Source: Candidatus Accumulibacter affinis (GTDB taxonomy: Bacteria > Pseudomonadota > Gammaproteobacteria > Burkholderiales > Rhodocyclaceae). Taken from it: DNA of 64,000 nucleotides. This document shows positions 39,862-49,001 of this stretch, one piece after another. Numbering within the stretch: position 1 is the first letter of the stretch; each line of letters begins with the position of its first letter. The position numbers were made by a program, and so were the translations under genes. The notes below the pieces were generated by a model that did no database searches, was not told where the DNA came from, and worked only from the letters and a program-made list of their open reading frames with translations. The stretch lies in assembly GCA_016713625.1 (NCBI GenBank), contig JADJOT010000013.1:110051-174050 (forward strand). The letters run 5' to 3'.

Positions 39862-41292
39862 TTATCGCGGCAATGAACCTTCCCGATCTTCGCCGGTGTT
39901 GCCGCTGTCGAGTCCGAGTTCCTGGATCTTGCGGGTAATCGTGTTACGACCGATACCAAGTGCCTGCGCGGCTTCGATCCTGCGTCCCCCGGTCTGCGCC
40001 AGGGCGCGGTTGATCAGGACCCGCTCGAAGCAGTGGGTCAGCTTCTCGTGCACCTGTCCGGGATCACCGACCAGCAGGCGGTCCACTTCGTTGGCCAAGG
40101 CGCCTTCCCAGTCGTTGACCGGCAGCGTTGGCAGTGCTTCACGCAATTCCGGCGGCAGGTCGGCGATTTCGACCAATTGCCCTGGCGCCATTACCGTCAG
40201 CCAGTGACAAAGATTCTCCAGTTGCCGCACGTTGCCGGAAAAGTCGAGCGAACATAGATGCTTCAAGGCCGCATCGGAGAAGCGCTTGCCCTCGACCCCG
40301 AGTTCCTGGGCGCTTTTGTGCAGAAAGTGACGTGCCAGTATGGGGATGTCTTCGCGCCGTTCGCGCAGGCTGGGCAGGCGCATACGGATGACGTTCAGGC
40401 GATGAAAGAGATCCTCGCGAAACAGGCCCTGGCTGACTCGCGCTTCGAGATCCTGATGCGTCGCGGCAATGATGCGGACCCTGGTTTTCAGCGGCGAATG
40501 GCCGCCGACCCGATAATAATGGCCGTCTGACAGCACACGCAGCAGGCGCGTTTGCAACTCAGCCGGCATGTCGCCGATTTCGTCGAGGAACAAGGTCCCC
40601 CCCTCGGCCTGTTCAAACCGTCCCTGTCGCTGCGCTGCCGCGCCGGTAAAGGCGCCGCGTTCGTGACCGAACAGCTCGGATTCGAGCAGATCGCGGGGAA
40701 TCGCCGCCGTGTTGATGGCAATGAAGGGCTTGTCGGCACGCGGACTGTGGCGATGCACGGCGCGCGCCACCAGTTCCTTGCCGGAACCGGACTCGCCGGT
40801 GATCAGAACGGTCGCGCTCGACTGACTGAGGCGGCCAATGGCACGGAAGACTTCCTGCATCGCCGGCGCTTGACCAAGAATCTCGGGCGTCAGCCCCTCG
40901 TCGTTTGGCGCACCGCTTTGGTGCATGCTTTCGCCGATAGCGCGGCGTATCAGTTCCAGAGCCTGATCGACGTCGAAGGGTTTCGGCAGATACTCGAAAG
41001 CCCCGCCCTGAAACGCCGAAACCGCGCTCTCCAGGTCGGAGTAGGCGGTCATGATAATCACCGGCAGGGCCGGAAAGCGCTCCTTGAAAAGCTGTAGCAA
41101 CTCGAGCCCGGACTGACCCGGCATGCGGATGTCGGAAACCAGCACCTGTGGTGCTTCGGCACCCGCGTCGAGCTGGGCAAGCGCTTCGGTTGCCGAAGCA
41201 AAGCTTTGGAAAGCGATCTTCTCGCGGGCCAGGGTCTTCTCGAGGACCCACCGGATTGATTTGTCGTCGTCTACGATCCAGACCGGTTTCAT
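39862..41292 (-). CDS. ntrC: Nitrogen regulation response regulator NtrC (sigma-54 enhancer-binding protein).
   Basis: REC domain ([14 protein letters not shown]...VSDIRMPG), AAA+ domain ([15 protein letters not shown]...GAFTGA...[15 protein letters not shown]) and a C-terminal Fis-type HTH. Confidence 0.95.
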   Translation of the reverse strand: MKPVWIVDDDKSIRWVLEKTLAREKIAFQSFASATEALAQLDAGAEAPQVLVSDIRMPGQSGLELLQLFKERFPALPVIIMTAYSDLESAVSAFQGGAFEYLPKPFDVDQALELIRRAIGESMHQSGAPNDEGLTPEILGQAPAMQEVFRAIGRLSQSSATVLITGESGSGKELVARAVHRHSPRADKPFIAINTAAIPRDLLESELFGHERGAFTGAAAQRQGRFEQAEGGTLFLDEIGDMPAELQTRLLRVLSDGHYYRVGGHSPLKTRVRIIAATHQDLEARVSQGLFREDLFHRLNVIRMRLPSLRERREDIPILARHFLHKSAQELGVEGKRFSDAALKHLCSLDFSGNVRQLENLCHWLTVMAPGQLVEIADLPPELREALPTLPVNDWEGALANEVDRLLVGDPGQVHEKLTHCFERVLINRALAQTGGRRIEAAQALGIGRNTITRKIQELGLDSGNTGEDREGSLPR

Positions 41293-41352
41293 CGATTCCT
41301 CAGGCAGATTGGCAAGTGTTATCGACTACAAGCAAAAACCTTGCCAAAGCGC

Positions 41353-42426
41353 TCAAGCCAAAGGCAAACGAACGGTAAAACAGGTGTGGCCCGGTTGGCT
41401 TTGACAATCGATCGTTCCCTGGTGCTGTTGTACAAAACTCTGTGCCAGCGTCAGGCCGAGACCGCTACCGCCTTCACGGCCGGAAACCAGCGGATAGAAC
41501 ATGCGTTCGCGAATGTCCTCGGGAATCCCCGGACCATCGTCGATCACCTGCACTTCAAGCGCCAAACGGTGGCGCCGCTTGAACAGGGTCACCTGGCGAG
41601 CGGCACGAGTGCGCAGCGTGATCTCGCCCTGCGCGACGGCAGTGCCACCGGATTGTCGCCCGATCGCCTGAGCGGCGTTCCTGGCGATGTTCAGGAAGAC
41701 CTGGATCAGCTGTTCCCGATCCCCGACCAGTTCCGGCAGGCTGGTATCGTAGTCGCGACGAACACTCAGGGTGGTTGGAAACTCGGCGGTCAGGAGACTG
41801 CGTACGCGCTCCAGGATCTCGTGGATGTTCACCGGCCCGGGCTGCATCGGGCGGTGTGGCGAGAGCAGGCGGCGCATCAGATCCTGCAGGCGATCGGCTT
41901 CCTTGATGATGACCTGGGTGTACTCGCGCAGTCCCGGATTGTTGAGCTCGCGCTCGAGCAATTGCGCTGCACCGCGGATGCCGCCGAGCGGATTCTTGAT
42001 CTCATGCACCAGGTTGCGTATCAACTCGCGATTGGCCTGTTGCTGCTCGACCAGGCGCTCCTCCCGGCTGGCTCGCAATTGCTGGTCGATAGGCCACAAT
42101 TCGACCAGCAGGCTGGCGTCCGGGGAATCCACCGGGTTAACCGTGCAGTTCAATTGCAAGACGTTACCACCGACCAGTCGCAGGGCGACATTCTGCCCGG
42201 TGTAACCCCAACCGTGCTTGAGAACTCTATCGAGCGCCGCCAGCAGTGTCGGCGGACACTCCATCACGCCATCCAGCGGGCAACCGGCGAAAACCTTGTT
42301 GCTGATCGCCAACAGGTTCTCGGCTGCCGCATTCAGATAGCGGATGGCCAGGCTCTTGTCCAGCAGAACCACCGCTGATGACAGCAGGTCGAGGCCGACA
42401 AAGGGATTTTGCGAACCCTCAGGCAT
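41353..42426 (-). CDS. ntrB: Nitrogen regulation sensor histidine kinase NtrB.
   Basis: MPEGSQNPFVGLDLLSSAVVLLDKSLAIRYLNAAAENLL forms a PAS domain and aligns with the E. coli NtrB N-terminus. The H-box is LVHEIKNPLGGIRGAAQLL, followed by the N and G boxes. An alternative GTG at 42459 overlaps the upstream stop. Confidence 0.9.
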   Translation of the reverse strand: MPEGSQNPFVGLDLLSSAVVLLDKSLAIRYLNAAAENLLAISNKVFAGCPLDGVMECPPTLLAALDRVLKHGWGYTGQNVALRLVGGNVLQLNCTVNPVDSPDASLLVELWPIDQQLRASREERLVEQQQANRELIRNLVHEIKNPLGGIRGAAQLLERELNNPGLREYTQVIIKEADRLQDLMRRLLSPHRPMQPGPVNIHEILERVRSLLTAEFPTTLSVRRDYDTSLPELVGDREQLIQVFLNIARNAAQAIGRQSGGTAVAQGEITLRTRAARQVTLFKRRHRLALEVQVIDDGPGIPEDIRERMFYPLVSGREGGSGLGLTLAQSFVQQHQGTIDCQSQPGHTCFTVRLPLA

Positions 42427-42458
42427 ACGCGTTGATCCGCAACGCCAGGTTCTGGCCA

Positions 42459-42947
42459 CTAGCGCAGATTGGCGATTTCTCTGTGGATGGCCTCGATATT
42501 GCGCTGGTGCAGGGCGACCTTGTCCTTGTAGGTCTGGATACGTTCCTGCACCTTGCCGCCACTGATCGCTCCGCCCTGCATCCGCTCGCTTGGCAGGACA
42601 ATCCCTTCCTGCTCGGCAAGTTCCTTTTTCGCCTGTTCGGCATTCTTCTGTTCCGCCGCCAGTTCGTTCTCGAGAATTCGTCGGCGATCACCATCGCGCG
42701 ACTTCTGCGTCTGCTCGTCGACCTTTGGAAAACTGCCAGGAGTCGCCGTCCTGGTCCCGGTTGCTGCCGGCGGCTTGGCCGACGGCGCCAGGTTGACCGG
42801 GTCGAGAATCAGTTTCCGGCAACTCTTGGTTGGCACGTTCGAGTAGGTGACCCGCCCATCGGGATCCGCACACTTGTAGATATCCTGCGCAAGTGCGGGC
42901 ACCGCAGCCAGCAGTGCGAGCGAAAGACACAGGTTTTGCAGCTTCAT
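42459..42947 (-). CDS. DUF4124-domain secreted protein.
   Basis: A signal peptide is followed by DIYKCADPDGRVTYSNVP (the DUF4124 signature) and then a charged helical tail. Confidence 0.8.
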   Translation of the reverse strand: MKLQNLCLSLALLAAVPALAQDIYKCADPDGRVTYSNVPTKSCRKLILDPVNLAPSAKPPAATGTRTATPGSFPKVDEQTQKSRDGDRRRILENELAAEQKNAEQAKKELAEQEGIVLPSERMQGGAISGGKVQERIQTYKDKVALHQRNIEAIHREIANLR

Positions 42948-43078
42948 CGTCGTCGTCTTCCTTTGTCACAAATCGCGCCGCCGCTGGAAATCCGTCACCA
43001 GTTTCGTGAATGCCACAACAGGTGCGCACAGTGGAGCATCCAGGCAATACTAACGCGTGCGGAAGGCGATCGGTAGAC

Positions 43079-43106
43079 AAAAAAAGGACGGGCAAACCCG
43101 TCCTTT
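43079..43106 (-). terminator. Rho-independent terminator of glnA.
   Basis: The minus strand reads AAAGGACGGG-TTTG-CCCGTCCTTTTTTTT, beginning 17 nt after the glnA stop. Confidence 0.8.
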
Positions 43107-43122
43107 CTGCCGCGAAGCTCGA

Positions 43123-44538
43123 TCAGCAGCTGTAGTACAGCTCGAACTCGACCGGGTGAGTGGTCATGCGGACCTTATTTACCTCGTCCATTTTCAGTTC
43201 CAGGTAGGCGTCGATCCAGTCGTCGGAGAAGACTCCGCCGCGGGTCAGGAACTCGCGATCCTGGTCGAGCGAGGCAAGCGCTTCTTCGAGGCTGGCACAA
43301 ACCGTCGGGATCTTTGCATCCTCTTCGGGTGGCAGGTCATAAAGGTTCTTGTCCGCCGGGTCGCCGGGGTGAATCCGGTTCTGAATACCATCGAGACCAG
43401 CCATCAGCAGCGCCGAGAAGCACAGATAAGGGTTGGCGATCGGATCCGGGAAGCGTGTTTCGATCCGCCGTGCCTTATCGGAAGCCACGTGCGGCACACG
43501 GATCGAAGCCGAGCGGTTCTTGGCCGAGTAAGCCAGTTTGACCGGCGCTTCGTAGTGCGGCACCAGACGCTTGTACGAATTGGTACCGGGATTGGTGATC
43601 GCGTTCAGTGCCTTGGCGTGCTTGATGATCCCACCAATGTAAAAGAGCGCCATTTCGGACAGGCCAGCATAGCCATTGCCGGCAAAGAGGTTCTTGCCAT
43701 CCTTCCAGATCGACTGGTGGACGTGCATGCCCGAACCGTTGTCACCGACGATCGGCTTCGGCATGAAGGTGGCCGTTTTGCCGTACTGGTGCGAGACATT
43801 GTGGACGACGTACTTGAGAATCTGCGTCCAGTCGGCACGCTTGACCAGCGTGCTGAACAACGTTCCGATCTCGCATTGACCCGCGGTCGCAACTTCGTGG
43901 TGATGCACTTCCACTGGTACGCCGAGCGACTCCAGCGTCAGGACCATCGCCGAACGAATGTCGTGCAGGCTGTCGACCGGCGGCACCGGGAAGTAACCGC
44001 CCTTGATCCCCGGACGGTGACCCGTGCCGCCTTCGCCTTCGGATTTTTCGCCACTGGTCCAGGCGGCTTCCTGCGAGTAGATCTTCAGGGTGCAGCCAGA
44101 CATGTCGACGTTCCAGGACACCGAATCGAAAATGAAGAATTCGGGCTCCGGACCGAAGTACGCCGTGTCACCGATGCCGCTGGACTTGAGATAGGCTTCG
44201 GCACGCCGGCCAATCGAGCGCGGATCACGGTCGTAGCCGCGCCCGTCGGCAGGATCAACCACGTCGCAGGTAATGACTACCGTCGTTTCGTCGAAGAAGG
44301 GATCGATGTAAGCGGTGCTCGGATCGGGCATCAGCTGCATGTCCGAAGCTTGAATCCCCTTCCAGCCGGCGATCGAAGAGCCATCGAAAGCATGACCGTT
44401 CTCGAACTTGTCTTCGTCGAAAGCGCTGACTGGGACGGTTACATGCTGCTCCTTGCCACGGGTATCGGTGAAGCGGAAGTCAACAAACTTCGCTTCGTTT
44501 TCCTTGACCATGTTGATTACGTCTTGCGGGCTTGCCAT
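43123..44538 (-). CDS. glnA: Glutamine synthetase type I.
   Basis: 471 aa. Contains [17 protein letters not shown]...DGSSIAGW...MHVHQSIW...NPYL and the adenylylation-site region. Confidence 0.98.
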   Translation of the reverse strand: MASPQDVINMVKENEAKFVDFRFTDTRGKEQHVTVPVSAFDEDKFENGHAFDGSSIAGWKGIQASDMQLMPDPSTAYIDPFFDETTVVITCDVVDPADGRGYDRDPRSIGRRAEAYLKSSGIGDTAYFGPEPEFFIFDSVSWNVDMSGCTLKIYSQEAAWTSGEKSEGEGGTGHRPGIKGGYFPVPPVDSLHDIRSAMVLTLESLGVPVEVHHHEVATAGQCEIGTLFSTLVKRADWTQILKYVVHNVSHQYGKTATFMPKPIVGDNGSGMHVHQSIWKDGKNLFAGNGYAGLSEMALFYIGGIIKHAKALNAITNPGTNSYKRLVPHYEAPVKLAYSAKNRSASIRVPHVASDKARRIETRFPDPIANPYLCFSALLMAGLDGIQNRIHPGDPADKNLYDLPPEEDAKIPTVCASLEEALASLDQDREFLTRGGVFSDDWIDAYLELKMDEVNKVRMTTHPVEFELYYSC

Positions 44539-44605
44539 TGCGAGGTCTCCTGAACAGGTGCCGGTTCAACCGGCGGCAGTAGAAAATAGGTGTGCGGGGG
44601 GTACT

Positions 44606-44621
44606 AGCAGAAAACGTGCCA
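44606..44621 (-). promoter_or_regulatory. Sigma-54 (-24/-12) promoter for glnA.
   Basis: The minus strand reads TGGCACGTTTTCTGCT, with GG and GC elements at the canonical TGGCAC-N5-TTGC spacing. It lies about 70 nt upstream of the glnA ATG. Confidence 0.7.
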
Positions 44622-44683
44622 ACCGATGCACTGCTGGATTTAATTGTGCCACAAGGGCTGGTAGCGTTCTTGAGCTTTTTTGT

Positions 44684-44729
44684 CGCACCGCGGTAGTGCG
44701 AACCGAAACGTAGCGCACCAAATCGGTGC
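44684..44729. promoter_or_regulatory. Two palindromic NtrC-type enhancer sites upstream of the glnA sigma-54 promoter.
   Basis: CGCACC-GCGGTA-GTGCG (44684..44700) and GCACC-AAATC-GGTGC (44715..44729) resemble the TGCACC-N5-GGTGCA NtrC consensus. Confidence 0.55.
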
Positions 44730-44819
44730 AAACCAACAGGAACGACCGCGCGCCGCGAACGAAGCAAGTGATTTATACTCTCACTTTCATGTTTCCTCTA
44801 ACAGGCCTCGCCGGACACC

Positions 44820-45269
44820 ATGGGAAGATTGACCGATCTGCTGCAACTCGCGCAGGAGCGCGGGCACGAACTTGGCCTGCCCTACGCGGGCGCACTGACG
44901 CCACAGGAAGCCTACGAAGTTTGGCAACTGGCACCTGGTGCCAAAGTTGTCGACGTGCGCACGCGCGCCGAGTGGGATTGGGTTGGGCGTATACCCGGTG
45001 CGATTGAAATCGAGTGGATGAGCTACCCGGACAACCGGCCGAACAGCCACTTCCTGTCGCAACTGAAGCAACAGGTCGATCGCGAAGCGCTGCTGATGTT
45101 CATCTGCCGCAGTGGCGCGCGTTCGCACAATGCTGCGGCATTGGCCAGCGAAGCCGCCCAGCGCGACTGCTACAACGTGCTCGAAGGTTTTGAGGGCGAC
45201 AAGGACGCCAGCGGCCAGCGTGGCAGGGTTGGGGGCTGGCGCCACGCCGGTCTGCCTTGGCATAGCTGA
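44820..45269 (+). CDS. Rhodanese-domain sulfurtransferase.
   Basis: Contains VVDVRTRAEWDWVGRIPGAIEIEW and ...MFICRSGARS, the active-site Cys loop (CRSGxRS). Confidence 0.8.
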   Translation: MGRLTDLLQLAQERGHELGLPYAGALTPQEAYEVWQLAPGAKVVDVRTRAEWDWVGRIPGAIEIEWMSYPDNRPNSHFLSQLKQQVDREALLMFICRSGARSHNAAALASEAAQRDCYNVLEGFEGDKDASGQRGRVGGWRHAGLPWHS

Positions 45270-45325
45270 AGGTTTTTGCCGCCAGCCTGGCCGGCCTTCA
45301 CTGACATCGATTCGAGTACCAGCCC

Positions 45326-46423
45326 ATGCAAACCGTTCCCATCAGCTTCGACCGCTTCAACCAGTTGCAGGACGACGCCTGTCATCAGCGTATTCGTTCC
45401 GCTCGCCAGCGACTCGGCAGTGAAGCGGTGCTGCTCTGCCACCACTATCAGCGCGCCGACGTCTATCAATACGCCGACCTCACCGGCGACTCGCTGAAAC
45501 TTTCTCGCCTCGCCTCGCGGACCGATTCCCGCTATATTGTTTTTTGCGGCGTGCACTTCATGGCCGAGGTCGCCGACATCATGTCAAAACCAGAGCAAAT
45601 GGCCATCCTGCCGGACCTGGCGGCCGGTTGCTCGATGGCCGACATGGCCAATCTGGCCAAGGTTGAGCGCTGCTGGCGCGAACTCGGCGAGGTGCTGGAC
45701 GTCGATCAGCAAGTGACGCCGGTGACCTACATCAACTCGGCGGCCGATCTCAAGGCCTTCTGTGGTGCCCGTGGCGGTATCGTATGTACCTCATCGAACG
45801 CCGGCACCATCGCCGCCTGGGCTTTCGAGCGCCGCCCGAAAATTCTCTTTTTTCCCGACCAGCATCTTGGACGCTGGACGGGTGCGCAAATGGGTATCCC
45901 GCTCGATGAGATGGTGGTCTGGGACCCCGACCTTGAACTGGGCGGCCTCACCGCAGAGCAGATCCGTCACGCGCAGCTGCTGCTCTGGAAAGGGCATTGC
46001 TCGGTGCACCAGATGTTTCAACCGGCGCACATCCTGCGTTTTCGCAATCAGCATCCGGACGGCCTGGTGATCGCCCACCCGGAATGCAGTTTCGAGGTCT
46101 GCAGGCAGTCGGATTTCGTCGGATCGACCGAGCACATCGTCAGAACCATCAAGGAAGCCCGCCCGAACACGCGCTGGCTGGTCGGTACCGAGCTCAATCT
46201 GGTCAACCGTCTCGCCGAAGAAGTCAGGGACGAGGGCAAGATCGTCCAGTTCATGGCGCCAACCGTCTGCATGTGCTCAACGATGCAGCGCATCGACCCG
46301 CAGCATCTGGCGTGGACGCTGGAGAACCTGGCCGACGGCAAGGTGGTCAATCGCATTACGGTTCCCGAGCACGAGAGGGATCTCGCCAAGCTGGCCCTCG
46401 AAAGGATGCTCTCGGTATCCTGA
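45326..46423 (+). CDS. nadA: Quinolinate synthase A.
   Basis: 365 aa. Contains VFCGVHFMAE..., ...TYINSAADLKA and ...CSTM, plus the NadA Cys ligands. Confidence 0.95.
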   Translation: MQTVPISFDRFNQLQDDACHQRIRSARQRLGSEAVLLCHHYQRADVYQYADLTGDSLKLSRLASRTDSRYIVFCGVHFMAEVADIMSKPEQMAILPDLAAGCSMADMANLAKVERCWRELGEVLDVDQQVTPVTYINSAADLKAFCGARGGIVCTSSNAGTIAAWAFERRPKILFFPDQHLGRWTGAQMGIPLDEMVVWDPDLELGGLTAEQIRHAQLLLWKGHCSVHQMFQPAHILRFRNQHPDGLVIAHPECSFEVCRQSDFVGSTEHIVRTIKEARPNTRWLVGTELNLVNRLAEEVRDEGKIVQFMAPTVCMCSTMQRIDPQHLAWTLENLADGKVVNRITVPEHERDLAKLALERMLSVS

Positions 46424-46552
46424 GGCAGCGCGCCGACTTGCTACGCCGACGCCATCGCGAGAATACCTTGCCGAAATGGTGAGGCGCGTGACCCGCCAGG
46501 CAAGATCGGCTTCCCGACCAGGAACACACAATTGCCGGAAGGAGTGTGGATC

Positions 46553-47491
46553 GTGCCTTTGGTTTCAGTCGTTATTCCAGCATACAACTGCGTCCTTTAC
46601 CTTGAGGAAACGATAAGAAGCATCCTTGGGCAAACCGCCAGCGACATTGAAATAATCGTCATCAACGATGGCTCGACCGATGCAACCGGCGCCATCGCTC
46701 GCAGTTTCGGAGAGCCAGTCAGAGTCTTCGATCAACCCAACTCTGGAGTCTCGACGGCGCGGAATCATGGCGTAAGGGAAGCGCGAGGGGCCTTCATAGC
46801 GCTGGTCGACCATGATGATTACTGGTTTCCCAACAAGCTGGCCAACCAGTTGACGGCTTTCGAAGGCCATCCTCAGGTCGACGTGGTCTTCAGCGATTTC
46901 ACGCGCTGGCACCAGAACGGCGGAGGTGGACGCTTCCCGGAGCCTTCCACCTTTCTCCCGCAGGCGGCTCCACAAGGAATTGATAACGAGTATTCAGGCT
47001 GGATCTACCACCAGATGTTGCTGGATAGCTGGGTGCTGACGAGTACTGCCCTGGTCCGAACCGAGGTGGTATTGGCAAATGGGGGTTTCGACGAAACCCT
47101 CCCCTATAGCGAAGATTGGGACTTCTGGCTGAGACTCTCCAGAACTTCGCAGTTTCTCAAGCTGCGTGAAGCCACGACGCTCTATCGACAGCACGCAGAT
47201 CAGGGGTCTCGGGTGACCAGAGCCGTCGACTACCGAACTCGCCTTCTTGAGGCAGCAGCAGAACGCTGGGGGCTTTGCAGTCCGGATGGGGGCTATGTTC
47301 CACCCAGGGTTTTCAAACGGCAATTAGCGCAGTATTCTGCCTTCTTTGGTCGCGATCACTTGCTGGGCGGGGTTGGCGCCAGTCGCTATATCGCAGCCAG
47401 GTCATTCATCAAGGCTTGGCAGATTGATCACACCTACTGGCGCAGCCTTCTTTACCTGGCCGCAACGCCTTTTTACACGCCCCGAGGATAG
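46553..47491 (+). CDS. Family-2 glycosyltransferase.
   Basis: VSVVIPAYNCVLYLEETIRSILGQT...IIVINDGSTDAT...ARNHGVREARGAFIALVDHDDYW carries the GT-A DxD motif. A GTG at 46553 lies 8 nt after GGAAGGAG. The track start at 46532 is a TTG. Confidence 0.8.
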   Translation: MPLVSVVIPAYNCVLYLEETIRSILGQTASDIEIIVINDGSTDATGAIARSFGEPVRVFDQPNSGVSTARNHGVREARGAFIALVDHDDYWFPNKLANQLTAFEGHPQVDVVFSDFTRWHQNGGGGRFPEPSTFLPQAAPQGIDNEYSGWIYHQMLLDSWVLTSTALVRTEVVLANGGFDETLPYSEDWDFWLRLSRTSQFLKLREATTLYRQHADQGSRVTRAVDYRTRLLEAAAERWGLCSPDGGYVPPRVFKRQLAQYSAFFGRDHLLGGVGASRYIAARSFIKAWQIDHTYWRSLLYLAATPFYTPRG

Positions 47492-47524
47492 CAGCCCGAA
47501 GCCAAGGTCGCCGACCAAAACAGC

Positions 47525-47548
47525 GAGACCCCGGCGCGCCGGGGTCTC
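47525..47548. terminator. Perfect 24-nt GC-rich palindrome (GAGACCCCGGCG|CGCCGGGGTCTC) between convergent genes. It is a likely bidirectional terminator.
   Basis: Read directly from the sequence. It lies between the GT2 stop (47491) and the Cache-protein stop (47568). Confidence 0.6.
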
Positions 47549-47567
47549 GGGATTGCTACGGCAGCAG

Positions 47568-48122
47568 CTACAGGGCTGGATACTTGGCCGGATCCGACAT
47601 TTTTTCGAGGACCTTGTTCAGCTCCGCCAGGGTGATCCCTTCATCATAGATTCCGGCGCTCACCTGGACCCCCGAGGAAAACGAAATGTCCGCAGCCATG
47701 GCGTAGGAAACCTTGCGCGACAGGCGTCCGGCACCGGGTTTGGGCCAGCTGTACTCGACCCAGCCACCGCGCGCTTCGCTGCCGACCTTGCAAAGCTCCT
47801 TGAAGATGAACTTGCCGGAGTTGTCGGTAATCTGCATGATCGGCTTGCCGACCAGATCCGGCCGCAACGGATGCGCGATCATCCGGTCCTTGCGACAATC
47901 ATAGACGAACACGTAACTGTCCTTCCACACCCACTTGCTGTCCTTGTGGTGGAAATCGGCAAAGGCTGACGTGCCCTTGTCGTGTAGATACCTGGCGGCG
48001 GCTCGTACCTTGCTGACCACCTCTTCGGCATTCGCCACCTCGGCTTCGCTCGGTCCGGCGGCGCGTGCCGCTCCGCAGGCAACTACCAGCCCCATCAAGC
48101 CAATCGTTTTTGCAAAGTTCAT
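47568..48122 (-). CDS. Stand-alone periplasmic single-Cache (sCache_2-like) domain protein.
   Basis: Translation from ATG 48122 gives a signal peptide MNFAKTIGLMGLVVACGAARA, then ...FHHKDSKWVWKDSYVFVYDCRKDRMIAHPLRPDLVGKPIMQITDNSGKFIF...GGWVEYSWPKPG...KVSYA. There is no output domain. The track ORF is over-extended to 48689. Confidence 0.7.
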   Translation of the reverse strand: MNFAKTIGLMGLVVACGAARAAGPSEAEVANAEEVVSKVRAAARYLHDKGTSAFADFHHKDSKWVWKDSYVFVYDCRKDRMIAHPLRPDLVGKPIMQITDNSGKFIFKELCKVGSEARGGWVEYSWPKPGAGRLSRKVSYAMAADISFSSGVQVSAGIYDEGITLAELNKVLEKMSDPAKYPAL

Positions 48123-48214
48123 CACTCGCTTATCCCCTTGTTTCTGTTCAGACAGATCGGAAACACCAGCCCTGGGCGTCCGTTTCTCGTCGCTGGCGGC
48201 TGCAGCCAGCATCC

Positions 48215-48778
48215 TTAACTTAGCCACGGCTTGCCCACCGGAAGAACGTCCCGACCAAACAAATCCGCATAAATGATATGCGCCATGATGTACCACGCCA
48301 TCGCCGCTGTCACCATCAACTCGTAGCCGGCCACCACCGTCAGGTCGGGATAGCCGAAGTGGGCCAGATCGAGCAGAATGAAACCGATCAGCAACAAGGT
48401 GAAGGTGATTGCCAGCGCGCTGCTGACGCGCATCGCACCAACCCAGAGGATGACTGTAAACAGTGTCCAGGCAACCAGGAACCACCCCACGTCCGTCTTG
48501 CTCGAGGTATAAATATTGTAGTGGTTGCCGAGCAGCAGCAAGGCCAGAGCGATCCAGAAACAACCATAACCGGTGAAGGCGCAATAGCCGAAATTGTTGC
48601 CGGTCTTCATTTCCTGCAAGCCGGCAATCATCTGCGCCAGGCCACCAAAGATCAATCCGAGCCAGACGACCGGACCCAATCCCATCCACCCCACGTTGTG
48701 AAACTGCAACACCATCGTCGTCAAGCCAAAGCCTGCAAGACCGACGACGGCCGGATTACCGAGCTTCTGATCTGCCAT
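48215..48778 (-). CDS. satP: GPR1/FUN34/YaaH-family acetate/succinate channel.
   Basis: LGNPAVVGLAGFGLTTMVLQFHN...NNFGYCAFTGYGCFW is the typical SatP/YaaH signature (NPAxLGL...). Six TM helices. Confidence 0.9.
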   Translation of the reverse strand: MADQKLGNPAVVGLAGFGLTTMVLQFHNVGWMGLGPVVWLGLIFGGLAQMIAGLQEMKTGNNFGYCAFTGYGCFWIALALLLLGNHYNIYTSSKTDVGWFLVAWTLFTVILWVGAMRVSSALAITFTLLLIGFILLDLAHFGYPDLTVVAGYELMVTAAMAWYIMAHIIYADLFGRDVLPVGKPWLS

Positions 48779-49001
48779 GAACTACCCCTTTTATGCTCGC
48801 TGCGAACGCGACGGGAACTGCCCCGCCGCCCTGTTTAACTGGTCTTCCTGAGCACCGGCGAATTCCCCTGACTGTGGTGTGGACGACCCCTGGAATTCTA
48901 CATGCAGGGACCCCGAACTGGCAAACCAGGCGCCCTGGCCGACGTGTGTCCTGCCGTCAGCCGCGTGCTAGAATCGACCCCCGCTTCAACTCACTGCCGC
49001 G

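Noticed and set aside
43057-44553. A 498-aa plus-strand ORF.
   Set aside because: It is antisense to glnA, whose minus-strand product is a canonical glutamine synthetase. The same reasoning dismisses 23003..24331 (antisense to secA), 31508..32716 (antisense to lon/hss), 30173..31111 (antisense to hss), 36922..37872 (antisense to the SPFH gene), 41341..42378 (antisense to ntrB), 56114..57022 (antisense to cca) and 57650..58567 (antisense to the META/MliC gene).
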